Assembly (NCBI GenBank): GCA_000165425.1
Contig: CT868285.1
Location: forward strand, 310,001-374,000
Direction: 5' to 3'
DNA length: 64,000 nucleotides
Source: Paramecium tetraurelia
Taxonomy: Eukaryota
Shown: in pieces, positions 25,724-42,445 of the stretch
Numbering within the stretch: the stretch's first letter is position 1
Layout: each line of letters opens with the position of its first letter
Made by a program: the position numbers and the translations under genes
The notes under the pieces: model-generated
The model's database searches: none
What the model was told of the DNA's origin: nothing
Seen by the model: only the letters and a program-made list of their open reading frames with translations

Positions 25724-27636
25724 TCATTCCTTTAATTATAAATTTTCTGACTATTAGTCCTCAGTAAAATGCTAGAGATTTTTGAATGAAATTTCTAATC
25801 CTGGGTTTGAGCCTATGGAATTTGAAGGCTAAAAGTCAGAGTCTTTTATGAAATCTATTAATGTTTCTTGCTTTTCTTGGGTGAACACCTAAGCACTTTT
25901 AGCTCTTCCATGACTCGCTTAAGGAGTAATTGAACAACTGATCAAAAGTTTAAAAATCTAATGATTGATTGAAATATTACTCTAATACAATCCATGTTTT
26001 GTTCCCCTATAATATCTTAGACTAATCCTTTTTCTTAATCTAACAACTTAATTGGATCACTATTTTACTCAAGTAGCTAATATGATTATTATATAGAATA
26101 CTATTTTCATTTAATAAAATTTTTCGTTTCCCAGCTTTCGTTTAAGGAAGTCAGTTAATAGTAATGATCTATTAGGGGATGTAGGAGTATTAGGATTGAA
26201 AAATAAATCAACAAAAGTGAACGATTTTTAATTTTTTAATAGTGTAGGCTAGCTTTCAACTTCCTAATTTCTTTTATTATTATTATCATCAATTTAAGTA
26301 TTAATAGAAATAGATTTTTAGTATTTTAGATGTTTTGAATTAACTTCATTAGATTCTGTTCTCTGAGTAGATATTGGAGTTTAGGCTTTTTATTGATCAT
26401 CTATGTAATCTGGAAGAGTGTGTAAATTTGATGCTAATATTTTTCCATTCAATTTAAAATTTGGACTATTTTAATCAATAATATCTGTTTTATAGCCTTA
26501 ATAGGGAGTGTTGAGTTTAGACTAGCTTCTTCTAGAAGAAATTGGTGATGAACCTTGTTATTATTTTGATTTTTCAACTAGAAAGTGTATAGAATTCTGT
26601 TGCATTCTGTTGCTTTTTTTACTGGATGAGAATCCATTATTTTAATAAGGAACTTTAGGAGGTTGATCAATTTTAGATAGTTTTTGCATTTCAATTTGAA
26701 TTTAAGGGAATGAAAGGATTTTTGAAATTTCTGGTCTTTTTTCTGGTTGTTTTTATAACATTTCATCAATGAGATTTGACAAAAAATCGGAATAATGATC
26801 AGAGATTTTTGTATGTTACTCGTTAATAATTTTAGTTGCCAAAGCCTTTATTTAATATAGATTATATTACATTGATTGATTCAGCAGTAAATGGTTTTTG
26901 TAATGTACATAATTCATAAATGGCACATCCCAACATCCAGATGTCAATCTTATGATTATAGGACTGGTTTTGGCATAATTCAGGTGATAGGTAGAATGGG
27001 GTTCCTAAGTTATTCGTTTTCTATTAATTAATACCTATTGAAGTTTATGCCAATTCAGATGTGTTTTCTAAAGTTCTAGAGATACCAAAATCACCCAATT
27101 TCACCTTTTATATTTTAATAGTAATCTTACAATTCCATCATTGCAAAGGAATATGTTCTGAACTTTGATGTCTCTATGAAGTATCTTTTGAGAATGGAGA
27201 TAATCGAGCGCTACTGCCAATTAGGTCAACCAGGCAAGAATCTATAATAATGCATAAATGAAATACAGAACTGTAGATTCTTGAATGAATTATTTGTTTT
27301 GTTTAGCTTCCTTCACTTTTAAACTGAGATCAGCTTGGATTATTTTTTCAAAATTTACCATTCTCGGCATATTCCATTAGAATACACAGTTTATTGTTGT
27401 GGACAAACGAATCATAATGTTTAATGATGTTCATATGGTCTAACGATTTGAGAACCTTAACTTCATTGAGAGGGTCAACCACAAAACTTTCTCTCAAACT
27501 CAAATCTACTCTTTTTAGTGCAAATTGCTGTAATTAGAAAGAGTCAACTTACTTTTCCATCACTTTTTCTTTATACCAAAAGAACATCCCCAAAATTCCC
27601 TTTACCAATTTTTCGAATTCTCTCAAAATGATCCAT
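25724..27636 (-). CDS. NIMA-related (NEK) Ser/Thr kinase
   Basis: [60 protein letters not shown]. Several tiny introns and a long C-terminal tail. Confidence 0.93.
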
Positions 27637-28059
27637 AATTCGTTAGATAAATTATTAAATATAATCATCTAATTTATTTTAGTTTAATTCCGTAATACTA
27701 ATAATTTAATTGATTCGAGTAAGGAATTACTTCAAATACCCAATAAACACTTCATTTTTAATTATGTTAATGACCCTAATGAAAGACTCATAATTATAAA
27801 ATTCTTCAATAAATTCTTTCTTATATTGAAATTATCGCGTAGTCAATTGATATTAAGTTAATTTTCTTGATTATTCTATTTTTTTTAAGAAGGAAACTTA
27901 ATTTTATGAAGAAAATTACAAGATAGATTTTGTTAAATAACATTATTTTTATAAAGGAGTAAACAAGGATAGGGTTGATATGATATATCATGTAGAGTTG
28001 AAAAGCAGATGAGAAATTGTTTATTCTACGAAGGTTTTGAGACATAAATTTAATTAAAT

Positions 28060-28599
28060 TCATCTATGCTAAGACATCGAAGAGAATACTCTATTGACCA
28101 TTTGTATTTAAGCTTTTCTTTATAAAAATGGTTTTCCTTTAGGTTACGGAGGTTGACTTCCTGACGTACAAGTTGATTTTTAAGAATTGCGAGAGTCTGT
28201 GATAAAAGGATTTTGAAGTATTTTAATGCTTCCTCTTCCCCTTAATATAGTTGTGGAATGTTGACTAATTGATTTCTAGTCTGAAACTTTAGAAATCAGA
28301 GATTTTTACTGTATCTTGAGTGGTGGGACTTTTGGGTTGGCTTTAGAGTCTGAATTTGCCTTTTTTATTGAAATTTAATTGAAGATAGTGCAGAAATTGT
28401 TGTGAGTAATGTTAGTTTGGCTATTTCTCCTTTGGCATTACTTGAATAATGATTTTTATTAATATGAGTCCTCTTTTCTACTAAAAGTAGGAATCTCGAG
28501 ATCAGGAGAACAAATAACTTCGTAAGTGCATTTTAATTTTGGTATTTTAAGTTTTGGGTTATGGAAGAAGGAAGCTGTCTGATCAAGATTATCTTGCAT
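28060..28599 (-). CDS. Hypothetical 179-aa basic protein
   Basis: Intronless ATG-TGA code-6 ORF, MQDNLDQTASFFHNPKL...RVFSSMSQHR. Confidence 0.65.
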
Positions 28600-28728
28600 T
28601 ATTTATTAATAAAATTTTACAAAATGATGTGCATATTTTATAATTAAATAATCTCAATTATATTGAATATATTGAATATGAATTCAATTATAACTAATAT
28701 CTTTTATACATAGAACTCATTTAATTAA

Positions 28729-31908
<3,180 letters not shown>

Positions 31909-32217
31909 ACTTCTATTTCAATTAAAAAATTTATATTATTTTTCACTATAACCTTCAGGAATAAACATTAGATTTGTAGTTGCGAGTATGGTCGTCGTAT
32001 GGCATTCTATTTTTGGATATACTCTTAAATAGCTTCTTTGCTTAGACTTAATATGGAAATATGATATTTTTAGATTTTATGTTATTTAACAATTAGATCT
32101 GCCAATAATAAGGAATTGCATACTTGTACTTGATTTTTATATCATAATTCAATCTCAACTTGATAATAGCGATAAAATAATTACAAATAAAGTAAAATTA
32201 TTATGTTAAATAATTAT

Positions 32218-32935
32218 ATGAACCCTCGAATGATGCTCAACAACAGAGGGCAACAGCCTCAACAGCCAAATGGTCTTAGAAATGATTATTAAAGCGTGGT
32301 TTAAGTATATAGTGCAATAATTGTTAAAAGGGCATATAATCTTTGATGGGAATCTCATTCTCAACTATTTAATTGTGTATATTTGGTTCAATGCTTATGG
32401 AGAAAACGAAAAAGCTGTTAGAATTCATTAAATCTGGAGCTGTCACTTCACTTAATAAACTGTTGACATTGCTTCGGATCAAGTAATTTCTTAAAGGGGA
32501 ATTGACTATGACATAGATAGGTAAATCAGTAGTAAACACTAGTACTTAGATTGGTAAGTAATGGATAATTGCTATACGTTTGCTTTTGTTAGTTGGTATT
32601 CTTAAATTAAATATGCAGTCATTCTATTGATTGGTGCGTTGTTGACACATATGAAGAGGAAAATGAGAGAAAAATAAGAAACCGAAGTTGAACAAAAGTA
32701 ATCGGATACTGAAGAGACAGAAGAATAGTAATAGCTAGATACTCAAGCAGAAACATCTCAATTACCAATTTAATAGAGTGATTTCTGGAATCATATTGAA
32801 GAAAATCAACCTTCGAATTAAGAATAATAGACTTAATAATAGCAATAGCCAAGCACTGTCCAATCAATTAACTATCTGAATGATCTCCCAGGATTTTCCA
32901 CAACTGGTAATCCAAGTAAGCCATGGATGAAATGA
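32218..32935 (+). CDS. Hypothetical small membrane-associated protein
   Basis: Starts MNPRMMLNNRGQQPQQP, has a hydrophobic segment GIQSLMGISFSTIQLCIFGSML, and ends GNPSKPWMK. Several inferred tiny introns. Confidence 0.55.
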
Positions 32936-34810
32936 CCATTCTTATTATTTAATATATATAATTAATATCATAAATATTCAAACATTAGTAAAGTTATTTC
33001 CTTGGGTACCAATGATATTTTAATTTGATTAATAAGTACATCTATAAAGAGAACAAATACGATTAATTAGTGAAAATATGAGTCCTATTTTAATGATTTA
33101 AAGATACATTATTTTAAAGATATAAATTTATTCATATGAAAGTATATAATTTCTATTATTAATTTACTAATGTGAATCAAATGGATAATAAAAAATAAGA
33201 AAGATAATTAAGATTAGTAGATTTTTTGGATAATTATCAAATAAAAAATATTTGATGGTTAATTTAAAGCTACCAAGATCAACCAATTATGGAACTGTCA
33301 AATCGAACATAATTTGTTTTAAATTTTTACTAAAACTCATTAGGACTCTCCGATTATGGTAAAGATATTATTAATTGGTTAACTTGTAAAATAGAGTTAA
33401 AGCTTAAAATTTAAAATATGAAAAACAATGGATTCGTAATTTTAAAAATTAGAGAAGACGGTTAAAAAGAGTAGCAAATTCAACCTCATAAATCTTCTTT
33501 CAATATATTCTATATCTTTTATCTTTCTCTTAATATAACCCATTAAATTTGATCTTATGAGAGAAATTCTAGGCAGTCTTAAATTTACTCTCTTTTTAAT
33601 AATTTAATTAGGATAGGGAGGACGACTTCATCAATATCTTTAGATAAAGCCAAAACCCCATACAAATCTTCATCTTCCACTTTATCGAATTCATTATCTT
33701 TTTTTTAATGATATTGAATTTCTATTGCTTTATTTTAAGTCTGTCATGAAAAACACAAAAGTATCTTGCACATTTTTAATAGGAAAAAATCAAATGTTAT
33801 TGGTTATAATAAATTATTAACAAGAACACCACACAATCACTAAGGTTTCTAAGTCAAAAAATGATCTATATCAAAGTTTCGCCACATTAATCATACAACT
33901 TCATAATTCAATTTATAGCTCTATATATTTTAATAAAATGTTAGTTTTAACCAATTATCAAAATATTTCTTTCAAAGAAATTATTCTTTTTTATGAATAT
34001 ATTTTTCTATATAAATTACAACTACCTCTCCTTTGATTAAAAAAATAAAAAGGGCAATTAAATATTCTACTGATATACCCATAAAAAATGAATTTTCACA
34101 ATTTAAAACGATTTAATAATTGAATATATCTATTCTTTAAAATTTTTTTGTATTTATTATTATTTTTTCAATGATTTCAATTATTGAAGAAAATTCTTTG
34201 CTCCAAACCCGATGATGAAAAATTCCTCTTAAAATAATTGTACGAATATTTCTCATTTACTATAAAAAAACATATGTAAAGAAATAAAGCCTAAGTTATT
34301 GATTGATAATTATAGTAAAAATTCATATTGAATATTTCTCTTTTTAAGTGCCCCTCTAGATCTGCCAGTCACTACAATGAATCTAGACCAAAGAGAGAAT
34401 TAATATCAATAAATTTTTACTCTGATAAAGTATTATGAAACAAATAAAAAAGTCTAAATTTAAAGCACAAATACATATATTAATCCTTTAGTATTAGAAT
34501 AAAATGGAATTAGAATATAATCAAGTATAAAATAATAATATGAATAAATTTATGATTAAAAAGCATTTACAATTCTACTCAGTTGAGAAATGGTTCGAGA
34601 TTTATTATAACACAATAAAATTCGAGTGATATAATTTTAAAGTTAATGAAAGAACTATTAATTATCTATTAGAGATTATTTATGGTCTTTCTTATTTTAA
34701 AAACCAAATTGAAATAGTAAGGGGATCTAAAATTAGTTAAAATCACAAGCGAAGTGATCTTGAATTAAAATATATTTGTTGGTAATCAGAGAATATCAAT
34801 TTAAAAATTT

Positions 34811-36222
34811 ATGTTTTTACAAATATAATCCATCTTTTTGAGTGTTTGTTGTGCAACTTAAATTTACCAAAAAACATTTGAAACTGTATTTATGGAGTTT
34901 AGTTACAAATTAGACTCATCTAAGGCATACATGATATAAGTAAATGAAAAGGGCTAATATTAGTTGACAATAAAAAAATTCCCAGATGACCAATCCTGTC
35001 TTCCTTACTTAGAGGTTAATTCAACCTCCAGTGATGTTACTGAAACTCTGTATGATGAATAAGGATATGCAACAAAATCAAAAGTCTAATCGATCTCTGT
35101 TTAGAGTGATTAGATTCAAATATCAGTTTCTAATAAAAAGTTAACTTTCATACCTGAATCTAATCTTAGCCAAGTAATATAATTTACAATAACAATAATC
35201 GATTCAGTATTAAATTCTCAAAATATAAAATAGCCTCCTGAAAAGTTGGTTTGCAATTTTCCTTCATATGGTTTGGATTGCCAGTAGAACATGGAAGAAA
35301 TTGAAACAGAATATTCAACGACTTTGATCGTGCCGAAATATTCTTGGAACTACGTATATTATATATTGGATAACTATGATTATAAAGTAAAATAAAATAA
35401 ACAATTTAGATCGAAGCAGAAAGTGATTGGGCTTCATTTGTCGTAGCTCTCTTGCCAATAGATAAGGCGAACACAACAATATTACCCTCATTTTAATCTA
35501 ATTTGATCTTACTTAGCTCAAATGGGGATAGTAAAGAAGTGAAATTGCTAAGACCGGCAGAAATTTCATCCTATATTTTTGCAATTGGAGTCTACAACCT
35601 TGATGACGATGCAGCTATTACATTGACACTACATTAACAATCTGAAGGCGAAGAAGATTCATTCCCCTTGTGGGCCATCCTAACCATCGTGGGAGTGTTT
35701 ATCTTGGGAATTCTAATTTCTATTTTTATAATTTGTCAAATCAGAAAACAAGCCAAAGTATATGAAGAATAGCCTAAAATCTCACTTGACGTTTTAGACA
35801 AATACATGCCTATAAAACCAGTGCCAAAACATCAACTTACTGAAACTTGTTGTGTTTGTTTAGTCTAATTCTTAAAGCGAGATCAAACCAGAGAGACTCC
35901 TTGCAAACATTACTTCCATACAAATTGTTTAAGGGATTGGACTAAGAAGAATACAACATGTCCAGTATGTCGATAAGAATTAGGAGAGGCAGATATTTAA
36001 AAATATTTGTGTTTAAGTCAAATGACTCATAAGAATGAAATAGATAATTCCAATTCTCATTAAGGTGAGCTGCCTAAAATACCTCTTACTCAACTTAGAA
36101 TCAGTGATCATGATATCAATACTAGAGGCCTCATTATTATTGACAATTCACCTTCTAATTAACATTCTCATTCCGACAGGTTGAGTCTAAATTTAATCGA
36201 GGATTAAATTGTCGAGAATTGA
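34811..36222 (+). CDS. Type I membrane RING-H2 E3 ubiquitin ligase
   Basis: Signal-like N-terminus, lumenal domain, TM helix WAILTIVGVFILGILISIFII, RING-H2 CCVCL..PCKHYFHTNCLRDW..TTCPVCR. Confidence 0.88.
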
Positions 36223-37056
36223 ATATAAATATTTATAATATAATTAATTCTATTCCTTATTAAATTCACTGTATATTCTTCAATTTACTAGAGCAATTCC
36301 TGAATTAAAATAAGATTATGATTTAATATGTAAATTTTAGTCTAAGAATAACCTTGTATATAAGAAACAATAATCTGAAAATAATTAATATTAGGCAACA
36401 TTAGTATTGAACCATATAGTAACTGAATTTGAAATTTTGTTAAAACTAAAATGCTAAAACAGTATAAAATAATATGGTATTAGATCATATCATCCATTTT
36501 ATATAAGAATATGATAATATAAGTTTAGATTTCAGAAGTAACCTCATAGATCAAAATATATGTTGTTAATTAACTCATGGTTATAATCATTTTAGCCTTA
36601 AGATGAAAATAGAACTTCAATTCACTAATACTATTCAATTAAAAAATGAAATCAGTTCTATGATCAAAGAATTATTAGAAATATTACTAATATTATAAAT
36701 TATGTTAGAGTAGGATCCTTAAGAAAATTATATATACCAGATTTTGGAGAAAGTAGAATTACATTATTAGATAACAAGCTCTCATTTTTATGATTAGTAG
36801 TCTTTCTAGTTTACTGAACTAAAAATTGACTAAATGTTTATTTTTTAAATTAGTAAGATAGGAAATAAACATGATGTATTGTTGATTTATGCCTCACTGG
36901 TCTAACACTTGACTAAAACATTTTTTTGCTTTAAATCTGGAATGATTATATTTAATATATTATTGATATAATAATAAGTTAATTATGATAATTCGTGTAA
37001 TTAAAAGCATCGAAAACCATTGATAATTATTATAATTAATCAACAATCAAGATATC

Positions 37057-38040
37057 ATGATCAGATATGGGGTGACAATCAATGATTACGAAACTAGAAA
37101 CGATGTTATTTATTATACAATTCACGTTAATGATTAAAAGGCTATCAAGGCATTATAGAAGCGATATTCGGATTTGAAAGCTTTAAACCAAAAAATATAT
37201 TAGAAAAATAATGAGTTCAAGTTGAAATTATCACTTCCCAGATTTCCAAGAAAGAAAATGTTTGGAAGAACAAAAAATTCTTAAAGTGACATTAAGACGA
37301 GAGTATTTAAATTCTAAAATTCTTAGGGTTTAGAATTACAGTAATATTTAGAAATCATCCTTAATATTCCTACTTTATGGTCATTTTAATTTTTCAGAGA
37401 ATTTTTGCCTCAAGCAGAATTACTAGATGAAACATTTAGATTAGAATAAATTAATACTGAATATTCAAAAGATTTGTGTTGGTTGCAAATGGATGAATTA
37501 AAAAAATCATTCCTCTAAAGGCAAGAGCAGTTTTAGTCAAATAAAAAAAATAAATAGAAAGGGAAAGAAATCTCAGGGTATTATCAGAGATTCCACTTTA
37601 CAATCAATGAATTTGCTATTCAAAATGATTTTGTGCTTTATTTCATCATCTTAACAGACACCAAAAAAACTACTAAATATAGGTTCGAAGCCAGGTATAG
37701 CAATCTTCGGGATTGTCATCATTTATTAGAAAAATAATAATTTAAGAATAGTCTATTTCATTTCCCTAAAAGGAGATTAATAGGATAGACAAGGGATAAT
37801 CCACAACTAATTTAAGAAAGACAAGAATAATTATAAAGATATTTAAATTAGACATTTAGTGTTTAAGAATTCGTCGAAAGTGAACCTTTGGTGTATTTCA
37901 TAACAAAAATCAAACTAGAGGGCAAGCCCATAAAATAAAATTTAAATGAAAGAGTAAGTCAGCTTTCATAGTAAGTGATTGGATCTTCGTTTAATTTAAG
38001 TTAAGGAATTGAAGAAATACGTGAATAGAAATCATGTTGA
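37057..38040 (+). CDS. Tandem PX-domain protein
   Basis: Two PX signatures: KRYSDLKAL..LPRFPRKK..RGLELQQYL and ARYSNLRD..FPKRR..ERQEQLQRYL. One intron near 37303-37326. Confidence 0.85.
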
Positions 38041-38763
38041 TATATTCGAGCTAAACAATATTGTTTATGTTAATTTGTTAATTAAATCTCATATATTATT
38101 TAAATTAAAAATTAATACCTAATAACTATTAATGTTTTAAATTATTAGTCTTTAATAATAATAAAATACATAGTTACAATTATAATCTATAATTATTTAA
38201 ATTAACCTTGGAATTAGAGTAGAACCAGCTCTTTCATAGTAATAGACTGTGTTGTAAGGGCGAAGTGGTAACATTTGATATCTGTGGGTCAGATATGAAA
38301 AGATATTTGATAAATCATTTTTATGATTTTATCATAATATCAATGAAACAAATCGTTTATTTGAGAGTTTATGAAAATAAATAAATGCTCTTTCAAATAA
38401 ACTTTATGAATTTGATATATTCAGAAATAATAATGATGCAAGAGATTCTAGGAGAAGAAGTTTGAAAAGAATCACCTAAAAATAAGTTTAAGCTTTATAA
38501 ACACTATATAACTTAATCACCAATTTAGAGGTAGTTATATCAATTAGCCAGAAAATTAAAGAAGTAATTACAAAACATAAACAAAACTAAAGTAAAACAC
38601 CCTTAATATTAATAAACCACAAAATGTAACAAAACCTATTTATCAAAGTCCAATTAAACTCTTTAATTAAACCCAAATAGTTTGATTTAAGTTGAAAGAA
38701 TTCTATAATATAAAACTTAAGACTAATACTAAATTTTAAATATTTATATTATAAATATAATTT

Positions 38764-40023
38764 ATGAATTAAGAAGACAAGGAAAAAATAGTTGTTTGCG
38801 GAGTAAATTCAGACATCTAATTGGAAGGCATAGAGTTATCTATTGTTGATTTTTTCTATTCAAGTAAGGACTAATGGTCGATGAATGAAAAGTATTTTAA
38901 AAAGTTTGCATATCCTGAAGAATTAAGAAAAAAAATAATTACAACAATAAAGGAGTATTCTAAAAAAAATCAGGAAAAGTATGATGATAAATTGTATATT
39001 GAATTGGAGACTGAGTATGGGGATTTTATAAATTAAATATTGAAAGAAGTAGAAAATGAAATTCGAAGTAATTCTGTTACTTTATATGCTTTTAATACGC
39101 TTCTTATACAATTAATAGAAAATGATGGTCAAAAGCCAAAATCAGCAGTATTTTTGAGTAAGTTTTGCCAATAAATTGCCAATTAATACAAATAAAGAGT
39201 AATTTGTAACTTCTTTGCATATGATTTTTATTTGAAAGGTAATGGAGGACCTTTTCAAATTATTGGCTAAGCAAAATTATTGGAGCAGTAGGATGCGTTA
39301 TTGAATTTATCAGGTTTTGCATCATATACCTAATATAAAAATAAGGAGGAATAAGACACCTATTTTGGAGATTTTATTTGTCCTGCCATGTTTGCTCTAA
39401 ATTATGCATCAAATTGGAAAAAAGAAGTCTAAAATTAAGCATTCTAGGATAAACAAATTAACGAAGAATTTCTGAAACAATTAAAAAGTTCAGATAAATT
39501 CAAGTATACAATTCTGTCCTTGGGTAATTTAATGGATTTAATTGATCGGTAATAGACAACCCCAGTGGTAAAGGTTGCAACATTAAAATAATATATCTGT
39601 TAAGAAATTCAATCTTATTTATCGAATATTAAATAGTAAGGCAAGGTATTTGTGGGGGGCACTTTTTCTGAGGAATTATTTAAATATTTATAATAGGAAA
39701 TAAAATAAATAGAACTTTAAAAATCCTAAGACTATGAAAAGATCGATTCATTCATTGTTGGATTCATGGCTGTGAGAAAAAATAAACAATTATTGAATGT
39801 ATTCAAGGGAGTTACCAAGGCTACAAGTGATCATTGTAGTGGAATTATTTATATTGAAACTGATAAGCCTATAACAATCCTAAAACAACCAGAAGTTAAA
39901 AAGCCACCTTAAGTTTAGAAATAAAGGTTGGATCATTCTGAAGATTTTGACATTGAACTACAATTTTCTGATCAGGTCTAGAATATAAAGTCTTATTAAA
40001 CAAAATCACAAAACAAGAAATGA
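38764..40023 (+). CDS. Anhydro-N-acetylmuramic acid kinase (AnmK)-like protein with degenerate motifs, 419 aa, intronless
   Basis: Colinear AnmK-like blocks: VCGVNSDIQLEGIELS, VICNFFAYDFYLKGNGGPF, LNLSGFAS, GDFICPAMFALNY, VATLKQYICQEI, GKVFVGG, KIDSFIVGFMA, NVFKGVTKATSDHCSGIIY. Confidence 0.82.
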
Positions 40024-40056
40024 TTAATTTTTAATATTAAATTTAAAATTTGAAAA

Positions 40057-41169
40057 ATGTAAGAACTATTGGCTTAAAAATACGCTGAATTATCATAAAA
40101 CACACTAGATAATGTCGATTTTTCTAAAGCAGGTACCTTTAAATTCTATTCTGTAGAGGAATTGTATAAAGAAATATTAAAAAATTTGAATGAAGATCTA
40201 TCGATTGAACAAATAAAACAATTGGGATAACAATTTGTAAATAGTAGAATTATAATTTAGCTGGAATTTCTATAAGTATTATAATAGGATGAATTTATTT
40301 AAAGAAAAAGAGCAAAGGAGGAAACATAGGAAAAGGATTAATTATTGCATAAGGAATATCCACAATTATAAGATAAATTATTAAAATTAAAATAAAATTG
40401 CCAAGATATAGATTAGAGTGCAAAAAAAATAAATGAGACACTTAAAAAATTACCAGAAATAGAAGAAGCTAATAGAAAATCAATGAAAGATAAATTTTAT
40501 GAAGATGTAAAAGATGTTAAAGATAAGATTCAACAAGAAGAGATTGACGCATAAAAATTTGCTGAAGAAAACTTAAAGTATATATGTATGAGTATAATAT
40601 AGGATTCGTGAAGATATGCAAGCATTAATTGCATAATACGAATAAAAAGAAAAGGAATTCTGGGAAAAGGTTAAATAGAATGAAGAAGAACAAAAAAACG
40701 ATACTAAGAAATATATGGAATAATTCGAAAAAATGCAGGGTGATGCTTAAAAGGCCATGCAAGAAAAATAATTAATTTAAGATGCATAAAAGTAATTGAA
40801 TGATAAAAAAATGAAATTATAAGTATACAAAGGAAAACAAAATGAATTTATTGAAACATTTGAGAAATCAACTAGCACATTTTAAAGTTTAACAGTGGAG
40901 TTCCTTAAATTAGCCTTTAAGGCCAAGGAGGATGAAGAAAAAAGTAACTTAAATTAATAAAGAGCTGATAAAGCTAATTTATTAGCAGTAGAAATTGCAT
41001 AAAAAGTATTGCTTATAATCATATTTTAAAGAATGCTGATTTAAAATTATAAATAGAAAATGTTGAAAAAGAAAAAGATAAATTAAGAGCAGAAATCTTA
41101 GAACTTAATAATCAAAAAAAGCTATAAAGTCAAAATTAATAACAATAAAAATCTAATGGTGAAAATTGA
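40057..41169 (+). CDS. Taxilin-family coiled-coil protein
   Basis: EEEANRKSMKDKFYEDV..EENL.IREDMQALIAQYEQKE..KLQVYKGKQNEFIETFEKSTSTF parallels the taxilin core. Four tiny introns. Confidence 0.7.
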
Positions 41170-41199
41170 TTTATTTTGGGCAATTAAACATAAAAATAA

Positions 41200-42445
41200 T
41201 CATTCATTTTTTTATTTTAATTTTTCAATTGTCTTTCTTCTTATTATTTACAATCCAAAAATTTTAAGGACTCCAAAACCAAACAATATCATGAAAATTA
41301 ATAGAATAATACATATTGTCAATGCTTTCACTACTTATTAGAATAATAACATAGAGAAAAAAGCATTTATTTTATTGCTAAAATTCCAAAAGTATTTAAA
41401 AATTACAGGTGTAGATTCAATGTCCTCACATTTAACTGAAGTTGTTTTATTAAAGCCAACTTAATATAATAATGAAGTTTCATTATAAATGGATATTTTC
41501 TTCTCATCAACGTCTATAATTGCATAGTTTTTATCAGCAAATCTTTCATAATATTATGAAAATGTGTCTGGCTAAAACAATTCTGCAAAAAATTCAAAAA
41601 GACCCCTGAGTATATTCCTATAATGAGATCCATATGATAATCCTGATGAACAAACTTCAATTATATTAGTACATGGATCTTATAAAATTTCGGCAAAGTG
41701 GACATCTCCTGTTATTAGTAAAGCATTTTTCCCTTTTAATATTTGTAGTAGTTTGTTTCTGCTTGATTGGTACCATACATCAATAAATAACCTCTAGTTA
41801 TAGTTGAATTTATACATCATTTGGCAAAATTTATGATCCACTTCCTATGATGAATTAACCAATTTCTACATCCTTTAGTTCATTTTCTAACCAAATCCAC
41901 TAATTTTCACCTAAAACATCTTATGTTTCTGGGTTTCTATTCCATCTTACATCCAAAAGTATTATCTTTGTATTTTTTAATTTGAAGGAATAATAAATTC
42001 CATCTTTATTGACTCTTCTCTCATCATCTTTTCCTACATCTAAAAAATTTAAGTATAATTGTCTAGTCATTTCCTTTGCTGGATTTGAATAAATTCCATC
42101 TCTTTCATTATAATCGTGATCATCCCATACACCATCAATTTGAGTAGCATTTAACAATTTTTAGTAACCAGGGTTATGTTTTGTAAGATTAAATTTGTAT
42201 TCAACTATTGTTTCATTCAATTCAGACATTCTTCTATTTTAGCTTGTTTTAGAAGTCACATAGGCAGCATCTCCTAACCAGACAAAAGTATCCTATTATG
42301 TATAATTATTTTGATATACTGGCTTATGTTTGGCTATCTCAAAAAAGATTAGTGATTCTGCATCCTCATAGGTAAAACATGAACCAAAAGCAATTTTTTA
42401 TGATTTAATCTAATCAAAAAAAAATAGGATTAGTATAAAATACAT
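41200..42445 (-). CDS. PhoD-like alkaline phosphatase/phosphodiesterase with signal peptide and C-terminal membrane anchor
   Basis: IAFGSC, FVWLGDAAY, GVWDDHDY, LLDVRWNR, LITGDVHFAE, EVCSSGL, with hydrophobic N- and C-termini. Confidence 0.9.

Noticed and set aside
31918..32145. Possible small minus-strand gene just upstream of PRP16
   Set aside because: Needs an inferred intron, has no motif and would end about 10 bp from the PRP16 ATG.
32218..32935. PEX13-like identity for the small membrane protein
   Set aside because: Only a vague compositional resemblance and no diagnostic motif.
38764..41169. AnmK-coiled-coil fusion protein
   Set aside because: An in-frame TGA at 40021-40023 and a new ATG at 40057 indicate two genes.
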